This document shows, in pieces, positions 38,847-47,911 of a stretch of 64,000 nt of DNA (within the stretch, counting starts at the first letter, position 1; each line of letters opens with the position of its first letter). Made by a program: the position numbers and the translations under genes. The stretch is from an uncultured Pseudomonadota bacterium (GTDB lineage Bacteria > SAR324 > NAC60-12): the NCBI GenBank assembly GCA_964344035.1, contig CAYFLK010000001.1:172-64171 (forward strand), read 5' to 3'. The notes beneath the pieces were generated by a model. The model did no database searches and had not been told where the DNA came from. It was given only the letters and a program-made list of their open reading frames with translations.

Positions 38847-38859
38847 GTAATTAAATTAC
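38847..38859. promoter_or_regulatory. candidate operator palindrome upstream of iclR-family gene
   Basis: GTAATTAAATTAC near-palindrome in an AT-rich stretch 27 bp upstream of the regulator start. A TTGACA hexamer lies at 38804-38809. Confidence 0.3.
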
Positions 38860-38885
38860 GCATATAGTAATAATTAGCGACATAT

Positions 38886-39665
38886 ATGGAGACAACGAAG
38901 AGGAATTCCTATTATTTAAGCACTTTGGCGAAGGGACTACGGCTGTTGAACCTGTTCACAGAGAGGCAGTCGGAGTTAAGCCTGACGGAAATCAGCAGAC
39001 GCCTCGATATTGACAAAACGTCTGCATACAGGTTTGTGTCAACGCTTGTGCAACTCGGCTATTTGCGGCGCGACCCCCAGACCAGGCTGCTCAAACTGGG
39101 TCCGGAAGCATTGCGGGTGGGTTACGGTTTTCTGCAAAGTTTTGATCTCCTGCAAACGGTAAAACCATTTGTTGACGAGTTTTATGAGCGGAAGAACACC
39201 ACCATAGACACAGCTTTGCTCGACGGAGATTCATTTGTCATTCTCTACCGTCGGGAAGCCCGAGACACTTTGACATTCAGGTTGCCCGCAGTGGTCAGTG
39301 ATCTGTACTGCAATGCGCTCGGCAAAGCGGTCATGGCCTTTCTTTCGGCAGAGGAAGCGGGGAGGATCATAGATCACCAAAGTTTTCAGGCGAGGACCGC
39401 TAACACTCTCACGAACCCGGAAGAACTGCGCGGGGATTTGGCTGGCATCCGGGTACGCGGTTTTTCAATAAACAACGAGGAATACGTTCCAGGACTGATA
39501 TCTATCGGGGCGCCTTTTTTTGGAGGGAAAAGCGGCAAATTAAAGGGTTCTATCAGTTTCGATTTTTCCACCGCGGAACACACATTGAAGGAAGTAATAA
39601 GGGATTATGCCGGCGATCTTTTGCAACTGGCCGCAAGGATTTCGAAGGTGATGCCGGCAGCTTGA
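38886..39665 (+). CDS. IclR family transcriptional regulator
   Basis: 259 aa. N-terminal HTH (LSLTEISRRLDIDKTSAYRFVSTLVQLGYL) plus a C-terminal IclR effector domain. Confidence 0.85.
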   Translation: METTKRNSYYLSTLAKGLRLLNLFTERQSELSLTEISRRLDIDKTSAYRFVSTLVQLGYLRRDPQTRLLKLGPEALRVGYGFLQSFDLLQTVKPFVDEFYERKNTTIDTALLDGDSFVILYRREARDTLTFRLPAVVSDLYCNALGKAVMAFLSAEEAGRIIDHQSFQARTANTLTNPEELRGDLAGIRVRGFSINNEEYVPGLISIGAPFFGGKSGKLKGSISFDFSTAEHTLKEVIRDYAGDLLQLAARISKVMPAA

Positions 39666-39699
39666 TTTCGAAATGAAAAACATGAAATATGAGGTGAAA

Positions 39700-41082
39700 A
39701 TGACAAAAAGCAACGCGGATAAAATTTCCGATTCAATAATCGCTCAATACATCGATAAGTCCAAGAAATCCCTGGAACTGCACGAACAAGCAAAATCTTA
39801 TCTGCCGGGCGGAGATACACGTTCCGCCACCCACTTCAACCCCTATCCGCTCTATATGAAATACGGAGAGGGTTTCCATATTTATGACATCGACGGTAAC
39901 AAGTACCTCGATTTATTGAATAATTACTCCTCGCTGGTCCACGGGCATGCCCATCCCAAGGTAATAGAAAAAACACGCACTCAATTGGAAAGAGGAACTG
40001 TTTTCGGCGCGCCTTCAGAATTGCAGTTGCTGCATGCAAGGCATCTTTGCGAGCGGATGCCTGCGCTGGAATTGATGCGTTACTGCAACTCCGGAACCGA
40101 GGCGACGATGTTCGCCATGCGCGCCGCGAGGGCTTTCACGGGATGTGACAAGGTGATTAAGATCGATGGTGGATACCACGGCACCCACGATTTTGCTGAA
40201 GTCAGCGTTCATGCCTCAGCGGAAGTTGCATATATGTCGGAATCCCGTCTCAACAGCCGCGGAGTCCCCGGATGCGTGCTCGATGAAGTCCTGGTTGCCC
40301 CTTTCAATGAACTGGATGCAGTCGAAGAGATTTTGATGCAACATCCAAGTAAGGTGGCGGCCATCATCGCGGAGCCGATGCTGGGCGCGGGAGGCGTGGT
40401 GCCTGCGAAAGCAGGTTACCTCCAGGGATTGCGCGAACTTGCTGATAACTACGGTGTGCTTTTGATTTTTGATGAAGTCATAACTTTCCGCATCCACCAG
40501 GGAGGGATGCAGGGATTAACCGGGGTCCGCGCCGATTTAACCGCGCTGGGAAAGATCATCGGCGGTGGTTTGGCCATAGGGGCATTCGGTGGACGAAGAG
40601 AAATCATGGAACAGTTTGATCCTGACCATAAGGAAGTCATTTCCCATTCCGGGACATTCAACGGCAACCACACGACCATGGCCGCGGGTCTTGCCACCAT
40701 GGAACTCTACGATCAGCCCGAAGTTGAACGGCTCAATCAACAGGGGATGAAATTGCGTGACGGGATTACCAAGGCATTTGGAAATCAGGGTATCCGAGGA
40801 CAGGCAACCGGAGTAGGGTCGGTCGTCGGAGTCCACTGGACGGACAGGGAAATAGTTAACGCCGGAGACGTGGTTCGGGGGCAGAAAAAGGCGGGAGACC
40901 TGCCTAAACTGCTGCATCTGGAACTGATCAATCGCGGGATATTTTCCAGCAGCCGTGGACTCTATATCCTATCAACTCCAATGGACAGCAAAGAAGTGGA
41001 ATTTGCTGTGGAAACATTTGAAGAGGTGCTTGAACTGCTCAAACCTGTTGTAGCTGATAAAACACCACATTTGTTGATATGA
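39700..41082 (+). CDS. class III aminotransferase, glutamate-1-semialdehyde 2,1-aminomutase-like
   Basis: GSAM-family motifs YLPGGDTRS, GSEATMFAMRAARAFTG, DEVITFRIHQGG and PLP-Lys in LTALGKIIGGG. Start chosen at ATG 39700 because of the GAGGTGA SD; the ORF is open from 39673. Confidence 0.8.
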   Translation: MTKSNADKISDSIIAQYIDKSKKSLELHEQAKSYLPGGDTRSATHFNPYPLYMKYGEGFHIYDIDGNKYLDLLNNYSSLVHGHAHPKVIEKTRTQLERGTVFGAPSELQLLHARHLCERMPALELMRYCNSGTEATMFAMRAARAFTGCDKVIKIDGGYHGTHDFAEVSVHASAEVAYMSESRLNSRGVPGCVLDEVLVAPFNELDAVEEILMQHPSKVAAIIAEPMLGAGGVVPAKAGYLQGLRELADNYGVLLIFDEVITFRIHQGGMQGLTGVRADLTALGKIIGGGLAIGAFGGRREIMEQFDPDHKEVISHSGTFNGNHTTMAAGLATMELYDQPEVERLNQQGMKLRDGITKAFGNQGIRGQATGVGSVVGVHWTDREIVNAGDVVRGQKKAGDLPKLLHLELINRGIFSSSRGLYILSTPMDSKEVEFAVETFEEVLELLKPVVADKTPHLLI

Positions 41083-41235
41083 AACGTTTGCCAGTAAATT
41101 TTATGTCTAAAAGATAATTGGGAGAAACGTTATAAGGAAAAACCAGCTATTAGGACCCGGCATTACGGATCCACAGCCTCAACCCTTGAATCGACAAACA
41201 TCTCACATAACAAGTAAAATTTAAAAGGAGAAGCC

Positions 41236-42819
41236 ATGATTCTTGATGGAAATACATTGCAGGTAGAAGCAGTTACTCAGATGGCCCGCAATCCCGAACT
41301 GAAAGTGGAAATTTCTCCGGAGATAGAAGAGAGAGTGCGAGCTTCAAGGAAACTGCTGGATGAATTCGTCGATTCAGGCCGTGTCATCTACGGAGTCACC
41401 ACAGGCGTTGGGGGATTTGTAAACTGGCTCGTCCCTCCCGCGTTTGCGGAAAAACTGCAGAACAACATTTTACGCGCCGTGGCCACGAACGTAGGTGATT
41501 ATCTCGACGACGAGTTTGTTCGCGCAACAATGATTTCACGACTTAATTCACTTGGACGCGGGGCCTCGGCCATCCAGTTTGAAAACTACCTGAAGTACGT
41601 GGAGATGTACAACGCGGGCATCTTGCCGTGCATACCCGAAAAAGGCTCACTTGGAGCAAGCGGAGACCTCGGACCGCTTGCTTATATCGCCATGGTGGGA
41701 ACGGGTTACTGGCGGGCCAAGTATAATGGAGAGGTGCTGCCAGGGGAAGAAGTGCTCAAGCGTGCCGGGATCGAGCCGATGAAGCTGGATTACAAGGAGG
41801 GACTCGCGCTGATCAACGGGACGTCTGCGATGACGGGGATGGCCGCCTGCCTGACTACGGACGTCAAGCATTTGATCAAGTCATACATCCTCATCAGCAG
41901 TTTGAGCATAGAAGCGCTGAAAGGGAAAATCATGCCTTTTCATCCTGCTGCGCATGAGAATAAACCGCATCCGGGACAGATCAAGGTAGCTGCTGGGTTG
42001 TTTGTCTCACTTGCGGACAGCAAAATGGTTGTTCAGGATTCTGAAGTAGAGAAATGGCTGCGTGAATTGTCCAGCGATAGACCACAGGGGTTGGAACAGC
42101 AAATAGAGGATCCATATTCAATCCGGGCAACACCTCAAATTATCGGACCGGTGCTTGATACAACCTTGTTCGTGGAAGAAACGGTGCGCACTGAACTGAA
42201 CTCGACTAACGACAATCCGCTGATCGTGGTTGAACTGGGAGAAGCGTTCCACAACGCTAATTTCCATGGGCAGTATATAGCAAATGGGATGGATCAGCTT
42301 TCAATCGTGCTGACAACGATGTGCAACCTTTCAGATCGGCGCACAGACCGTTTTCTCGATCCGGACCATAGCTGCGGACTACCGCCATTTTTGTGTAAAG
42401 AAGATCCTGGATTGCGTTTGGGGTTGATGGGGGGACAGTTTGCGGCCACGTCCCTGACCGCTGAAAACCGATCGCTCTGCACCCCGGTATCTATTCAAAC
42501 CCTCACTTCAACCGGGGATTTCCAGGATCATGTGTCGATGGGACTGATCGCCGCACGCAGAACCAGAGAAATTCTTAGTAATTCATATTACATCCTAGGC
42601 TTCGAATTGCTTTGCGCGTGCCAGGCCGCGGAGCAGCGTGGGGATGTCAGCGAACTCAGTTCATCCACCGCCGAAACGTTCCGTTTGGTGCGTGAAGGGG
42701 TGCCCTATTTCGATTATGATGAACCGCTGACGGATTCTCTTGAATTCGTCGCGGAACTGATTGAATCAGGAAAACTGCTCAATGCACTTCCAGAAAATAC
42801 CAAGGCGTTTGAATGGTAG
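41236..42819 (+). CDS. MIO-dependent aromatic amino-acid ammonia-lyase/aminomutase (HAL/PAL family)
   Basis: 527 aa. The MIO-forming triad Ala-Ser-Gly in GSLGASGDLGPLAY (ASG at 41656-41664). The HAL-family pattern LINGTSAMTG...NDNPLI is present. RBS AAGGAG. Confidence 0.8.
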   Translation: MILDGNTLQVEAVTQMARNPELKVEISPEIEERVRASRKLLDEFVDSGRVIYGVTTGVGGFVNWLVPPAFAEKLQNNILRAVATNVGDYLDDEFVRATMISRLNSLGRGASAIQFENYLKYVEMYNAGILPCIPEKGSLGASGDLGPLAYIAMVGTGYWRAKYNGEVLPGEEVLKRAGIEPMKLDYKEGLALINGTSAMTGMAACLTTDVKHLIKSYILISSLSIEALKGKIMPFHPAAHENKPHPGQIKVAAGLFVSLADSKMVVQDSEVEKWLRELSSDRPQGLEQQIEDPYSIRATPQIIGPVLDTTLFVEETVRTELNSTNDNPLIVVELGEAFHNANFHGQYIANGMDQLSIVLTTMCNLSDRRTDRFLDPDHSCGLPPFLCKEDPGLRLGLMGGQFAATSLTAENRSLCTPVSIQTLTSTGDFQDHVSMGLIAARRTREILSNSYYILGFELLCACQAAEQRGDVSELSSSTAETFRLVREGVPYFDYDEPLTDSLEFVAELIESGKLLNALPENTKAFEW

Positions 42820-43406
42820 GCTGCAAAGTCAGCACAGGGTGCAGGTTCTGAAATTATGACGGCCAAATATTTTTTAAGGGTTGCGTGATTGCCGTGCAGA
42901 AATCGGATAAATGCCATCTACGTATATTTACGTATAGACGTACCCGGGCTTTCACTTTAGGTTTTGCTGTAAAAAGGAGAGGGAGGGTAATCCTTTTTCT
43001 CATAAATCCAACAGGGTGAAGTAGCAACGCTCTGCAGCGCCGAGGAAATTCTACAAGTCTTCCGGTGAATTTCCTCCAGCCTTCCAGGCAATTTGAGGAG
43101 TTGGTGCCTGGAAAGGAAAAAAGATATCTTGCTCTGGAAAGGGCAAAGTGCAAAGGGGCACACTCCGTGAGTGGGCTTATCCCTTATCGAACCGTAAGAG
43201 GTGTGGATTTGGGTTTGCGGATGTGCTCCTTCGTGTTTCCCCGCTTAGAGATTGGGGTCGCCATCCCCGGTCATATTGATGCAAACAGGAATTGCAGCTG
43301 TTGCAGGTTCCGGACTGTATCGGCAGGTAATTAAGCAAATTTCAATAAATTCAGGTTTACAAAGTCGCGCATAATCCTGTGATGTGCTCGGTGAAGTCCA
43401 AGCACG

Positions 43407-44705
43407 TTATTGCAGGTCAGGTCGCTTCTGGAGAAAACGCCGCAATCCCCGCGCATCCTCGCTCGATGCCCTGATCCGCCGCACGCCTTCCTCAAGTTCG
43501 GAGAGTTCAGACGCGACAGAAAGCCTGAGGAAGTGTTTGCCCTCAGCACCTATTTTCCCAAATGATCTGCGATCCAGTACGGCAACACCGTGTTCGTAAA
43601 GTGCGAACATCTGAAAAATCCCCGCTGGTGATGTTTCCTGTTTTTCGGTTTCGTTCATTTGCTCATAATGCCCGTTTAAATCCAGCGATTCACACACCCC
43701 GCCGATGTTGGGGAAAAGGTAAAACGCCCCTCCGGGTTTTTGGCACTGGATACCCGGGGTCTCGCAGAGCAGTTTCCAAACAGCGTCCCTGCGGCGCTGA
43801 AAGGTATTTACCATTTCTTCCACGGATGTTTTTGAACGCGGATCATCCAGCGCGGCCCGCGCAGCTTCCTGGTTGTAGGGAGGGACACAGGAGAAGTAGT
43901 TGATGTTCAGGTTCTTGAACACCTCCGCCTCTTCGACAGTAGGAAACACTGCGTATCCGATGCGTCCGCCAGTCCATGCATACGATTTGGAAAAACCGCC
44001 GGCAATAATGGTCCTTTCCTGCATACCCGGGCATGAAGCGAGCGAGTGGTGAGACCGCCCGTCAAACAGGATGTTTTCGTAAATCTCATCGGAATAGATG
44101 CGCACGTCCGGATTGCAGCGTGACTGAATCACTTCGGCAATCGATGCCAGCAGTTCTACTCCGGCAGTGCCTCCGGTGGGATTTGAGGGGAAATTAAGAT
44201 AAATCAATTTGGTGCGGGGGCTGATCAGTGCATCAAGGTGATCAGCGGAAAAAGTGAAGTTCTGTGCTTCATTCAGATGGAGGGGAACCGGGATGGCTTT
44301 CACGTATCGGATGAAGGATTCGTATATCGGAAATCCCGGGCTGGGATAGATCACCTCGTCCCCCGGATCGCAGTAGACCTGCTGGGACAAGCCAATGGGT
44401 GGTTTTCCGCCAGGAAACACGACCACATGTTCGGGAGTGAAGTGCAACCCCCTTGTTTCTACAATTTGCCGGGTGATGGCGCTCCTCAGGGATAACAACC
44501 CCTTGGGATCACAATAGTGCGTGTTGTCTAGATCGAGCTGGAGTTTGATTTCTGATTTTATGTGACTGGGTACGGGAAAATCCGGCTCCCCAAGATTGAG
44601 CTTCACCACACTTGCACCGCTGGATTCAACCCGGGAAATATGCGCCCCAATTTTAAAAGCGTTTTCTGTATCAATCAGCGTGGTACGTTTAGCAAAAAGA
44701 GACAT
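43407..44705 (-). CDS. PLP-dependent aminotransferase, class I/II
   Basis: 432 aa. PLP-Lys context GGFSKSYAWTGGRIGY, and NFPSNPTGG before it. Confidence 0.85.
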   Translation of the reverse strand: MSLFAKRTTLIDTENAFKIGAHISRVESSGASVVKLNLGEPDFPVPSHIKSEIKLQLDLDNTHYCDPKGLLSLRSAITRQIVETRGLHFTPEHVVVFPGGKPPIGLSQQVYCDPGDEVIYPSPGFPIYESFIRYVKAIPVPLHLNEAQNFTFSADHLDALISPRTKLIYLNFPSNPTGGTAGVELLASIAEVIQSRCNPDVRIYSDEIYENILFDGRSHHSLASCPGMQERTIIAGGFSKSYAWTGGRIGYAVFPTVEEAEVFKNLNINYFSCVPPYNQEAARAALDDPRSKTSVEEMVNTFQRRRDAVWKLLCETPGIQCQKPGGAFYLFPNIGGVCESLDLNGHYEQMNETEKQETSPAGIFQMFALYEHGVAVLDRRSFGKIGAEGKHFLRLSVASELSELEEGVRRIRASSEDARGLRRFLQKRPDLQ

Positions 44706-44748
44706 GGCAAATCCACGAAAGAGTTGGAATTGGGAATGAGGGGTCTTT

Positions 44749-45603
44749 TCATGCTTTGTTCCGCATTGTGGCCGTGTTCCTGAAGAAAAATATGATCAGC
44801 CCAACGAAAATAAACTGCCGGCAGAACCCGATAAAAACCTGATCTACCAGCAACAGCGGTTCAAGTTGCTGAAAATTGGCGAATGCCGGCGCAAACTCTC
44901 CGAGAACAAATGCCAGAGAACCTATTACAACAACCTGTTCTACTATGCCGCGAAGAAAAACTATACATACCGACCAAACGAGCATGGTTAAAATCATTCC
45001 ATAAAGCGCAAGCAGCAGTATTTTAGCTGATGCCGGCATTGGCGGAAGGTTTAGAAACTCCTGGGTCCGCTCCAATAATCCGGTTGATATCCAGGTTTCG
45101 TCGAGCCATGCCTGCAATCCCAGGAACAGTCCGACATATGCCGCTGAACACGCCGCCAGTTTAATAATCGACAACGGGTTAATTTGTGCAAACAGCCTGC
45201 GTTTCAATAATCCCAAACCGACCTGATTTTTGGCCGGTGGAAGAAGAACGGTTGCCAAAACCGCCATGAAAAGGGCGGCGCCTGTCTCGGCCCACCAGTT
45301 TTGCCAGTAAGCGGTATACATGGGGTTGCCCCAGACAATGTGCAGCACGATTTTTCCGGGGGATCCCATCACAAACAGGATCAGTGAAATCATCACGAAA
45401 CCGGCAAAACGTTGCCAATAAATCATTTTTGCCAGAGGACGCAAGGCAAAACCGAGCAGTACTCCCGCCAGAAACTGCATCATGAACTCCCGTTCGGATG
45501 CCATTGGCGCTTCCAGCATTTTGAGCAGTAGTATTTTAGCGATGGCATAACCTGCCCCCATTGAAGTCGGGGCCAGATATTTTCCTAACCCGGATTGCAG
45601 CAT
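44749..45603 (-). CDS. hypothetical integral membrane protein
   Basis: 284 aa, about 8 hydrophobic helices, no recognisable motif. Confidence 0.45.
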   Translation of the reverse strand: MLQSGLGKYLAPTSMGAGYAIAKILLLKMLEAPMASEREFMMQFLAGVLLGFALRPLAKMIYWQRFAGFVMISLILFVMGSPGKIVLHIVWGNPMYTAYWQNWWAETGAALFMAVLATVLLPPAKNQVGLGLLKRRLFAQINPLSIIKLAACSAAYVGLFLGLQAWLDETWISTGLLERTQEFLNLPPMPASAKILLLALYGMILTMLVWSVCIVFLRGIVEQVVVIGSLAFVLGEFAPAFANFQQLEPLLLVDQVFIGFCRQFIFVGLIIFFFRNTATMRNKA

Positions 45604-45701
45604 GCAGAAAATAGGATTGACGATTGCCTGTTTCGCAATAAAACTGAACAGTCTATTTCACTGGGAATCAGCGAAAAAAACAATCCCGCTGCTGTAGGAA
45701 G

Positions 45702-46577
45702 ATGAATTCCCCCGAATCATCCTATGAATTGACATCCGGAAACAGGACGCTTTCACTGCGGCGTCCTCGGTTAATGGGGGTTCTTAATGTGACTCCGGAT
45801 TCTTTTTCTGATGGCGGAAAGTATTTAAATCCTGATTCAGCGCTGATCCACGCCCGCGGGATGATCACCGAGGGAGCAGACTGGATTGATGTCGGCGGTG
45901 AATCTTCCGGTCCGGACAGCAAGGATGTTCCCGCGGAAGAAGAATGGAAACGTGTGGCGCCTGTAATTATAGGCATTCGCAGGGAAAGCGACATCTGGCT
46001 TTCGATTGACACTTGGAAGGCTGAGGTGGCGCGCCGTGCGCTTCAAGAGGGGGTTGACACTGTCAACGATGTGACCGCACTGCGTGGGGACCCGGATATG
46101 GCATCCGTACTGGCCGGTTACCACGCCTCAGTGGTTTTGATGTACTCCAAGGACTCTTCCGCGCGTACTACACGCAAATGCGTGAAATACGCTGACGTGA
46201 TGATCTCACACAGGAAATTCTTCTCAGAACGGTTGCATGTCGCTGAATCACGGGGCATTCACCGGGACAGAATTTTGCTCGATCCCGGGATGGGTTTTTT
46301 TGTAAGCGGTGAGTCCGCGTATAGTTTTGAAATTGTCCGCAGGCTTAACGAACTGAAAGATTTCGGATTGCCCCTTGTTCTCGGGCCGTCCCGTAAATCG
46401 TTTCTTGCCACGGTCACTTCGGGGAAAGAACTAGGTATTAAGGAAAGGGATGCTGCATGCGCGGCTGTTTCCAGTGTTGCCGTTTTGAATGGGATTCGGG
46501 TGTTGAGAATGCATGATGTCCGTCAAGGCAGGCAATTGCTTGACACATTGTCGATTTTGTCTGAAAAGGCGGTTTGA
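45702..46577 (+). CDS. folP: dihydropteroate synthase
   Basis: Pterin-binding signature LMGVLNVTPDSFSDGG...ADWIDVGGESSGP..., typical of FolP. Confidence 0.85.
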   Translation: MNSPESSYELTSGNRTLSLRRPRLMGVLNVTPDSFSDGGKYLNPDSALIHARGMITEGADWIDVGGESSGPDSKDVPAEEEWKRVAPVIIGIRRESDIWLSIDTWKAEVARRALQEGVDTVNDVTALRGDPDMASVLAGYHASVVLMYSKDSSARTTRKCVKYADVMISHRKFFSERLHVAESRGIHRDRILLDPGMGFFVSGESAYSFEIVRRLNELKDFGLPLVLGPSRKSFLATVTSGKELGIKERDAACAAVSSVAVLNGIRVLRMHDVRQGRQLLDTLSILSEKAV

Positions 46578-46600
46578 ATGACGGAGATTATGGCTGGAAG

Positions 46601-47842
46601 TCAGAATGTATGCTGGTAGGATATTTGTCCACCGTCCCAGATGACACGGAAGAATTCATCCAAATCCGTGGTGAATTCGTCAATATTCCAGGTTGTAGAA
46701 AACACCAAATCCGCTTCATCGTTCAAATGCGAAAGCACCCAGCTAACACGCAGCGCGGACTCAACGCGGCGTGTACGCAGGTCTTCAACAGAGGAGGCGA
46801 TGTAATCAGTCGCTTGTTCAGTATCACCGATGTAGAAACCATATTCCCAGCCGGTGTTCGCGGATAGCTTGTGAATGAGAATGCCGTAAAGCTGGAGAGT
46901 CCAGAGATGGTAATCATAACTTTCTTCATCGCTTTGATGCTGGCGGAAAAGGTTCCGGATTCGATCCTCCCTGACTCCGATGGTTGCGTGCAGGCTTTCA
47001 TTATAGGGCTGCAGCCAGTAAAAATCGGCGGAGTGGTATATCATCTGTTGAGCGCGGTTGTCTTCCTTCACACTGGAAAGGGGAGTTTCGCGGCTCTTGT
47101 GAAAGTTAAAGCTCTGCCAGGTGACTCCCACCAAGGCGCGGTCTCGAAAATGGTAATCCAGCACTCCCCGTGCTTCATTTCCAAGGTGGGTGAATGTCAA
47201 TCCTTCAGTGGGAAAAACCTGTTTAAGGGGATAATCTTTCTGCAAGCGGATGCGTGAGCGCCATGGCCCAAGCAGCACTGCCGCTTCGAGGATGTCTTCG
47301 ACGGGGTGCGGATCATAATAGGAGTCATCGTAGAAGTTTTTTTCATTATAAAACAGGTCCTGGCTGATTTGCTGTAATCGCAGGTAATTCCATGGACGTC
47401 GACCAAGGGTGAGAGCCCCCCCTTGATCGGCGTAACGTTTGTCATATTCAGGCATGCCCACGAAAGAGAGGCCAAGCATATTGAAAGGACGCCACTCTAC
47501 ATCGATCAGGTAACGAAACGGTTTTATGAAGAAAAATTCATCTTGCAAAAAGTGCAACCCCACCGATGCGCCGGGGGTGATTTCTTTGTGGAATTTTATC
47601 TCAAGGTAATTGTAAAGCAGGTCCAGTCCAATGCTGCCGCCGCTTGAACGCCAGCCGTTATCGCTGGCATACCATTCCTCCTCTTGCAGTTTATGAAATT
47701 GATATTCTTTCAAGTCGAGAAAGTTTTCCTGCATGTGATACGAAGGATTAATCCGGCGCACATCATCAAATGCTCGCACGTACTGCATGCAACCGGCCGC
47801 GAGTATCAGGCAAAAGGTCTTGTAAATCTGCTTCAACCGCAT
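46601..47842 (-). CDS. hypothetical secreted protein, probable outer-membrane beta-barrel
   Basis: 413 aa with a signal peptide (MRLKQIYKTFCLILAAGCMQYVRA). Aromatic-rich alternating pattern and a C-terminal ...SYQHTF ending in Phe, as in OMP beta-barrels. Confidence 0.4.
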   Translation of the reverse strand: MRLKQIYKTFCLILAAGCMQYVRAFDDVRRINPSYHMQENFLDLKEYQFHKLQEEEWYASDNGWRSSGGSIGLDLLYNYLEIKFHKEITPGASVGLHFLQDEFFFIKPFRYLIDVEWRPFNMLGLSFVGMPEYDKRYADQGGALTLGRRPWNYLRLQQISQDLFYNEKNFYDDSYYDPHPVEDILEAAVLLGPWRSRIRLQKDYPLKQVFPTEGLTFTHLGNEARGVLDYHFRDRALVGVTWQSFNFHKSRETPLSSVKEDNRAQQMIYHSADFYWLQPYNESLHATIGVREDRIRNLFRQHQSDEESYDYHLWTLQLYGILIHKLSANTGWEYGFYIGDTEQATDYIASSVEDLRTRRVESALRVSWVLSHLNDEADLVFSTTWNIDEFTTDLDEFFRVIWDGGQISYQHTF

Positions 47843-47911
47843 GCTGCTTCACCAGTTTCAAGGAAAGTCCAAACGCTAACGGGTTTGTATAGCATTGAGA
47901 ATAGGTAGTGC

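Noticed and set aside
43120-43180. c-di-GMP-I (GEMM)-like words GGGCAAAG/GCAAAGG
   Set aside because: Only short word similarity. The required P1 hairpin spacing is absent, and the region lies between convergent genes with no downstream ORF to regulate.
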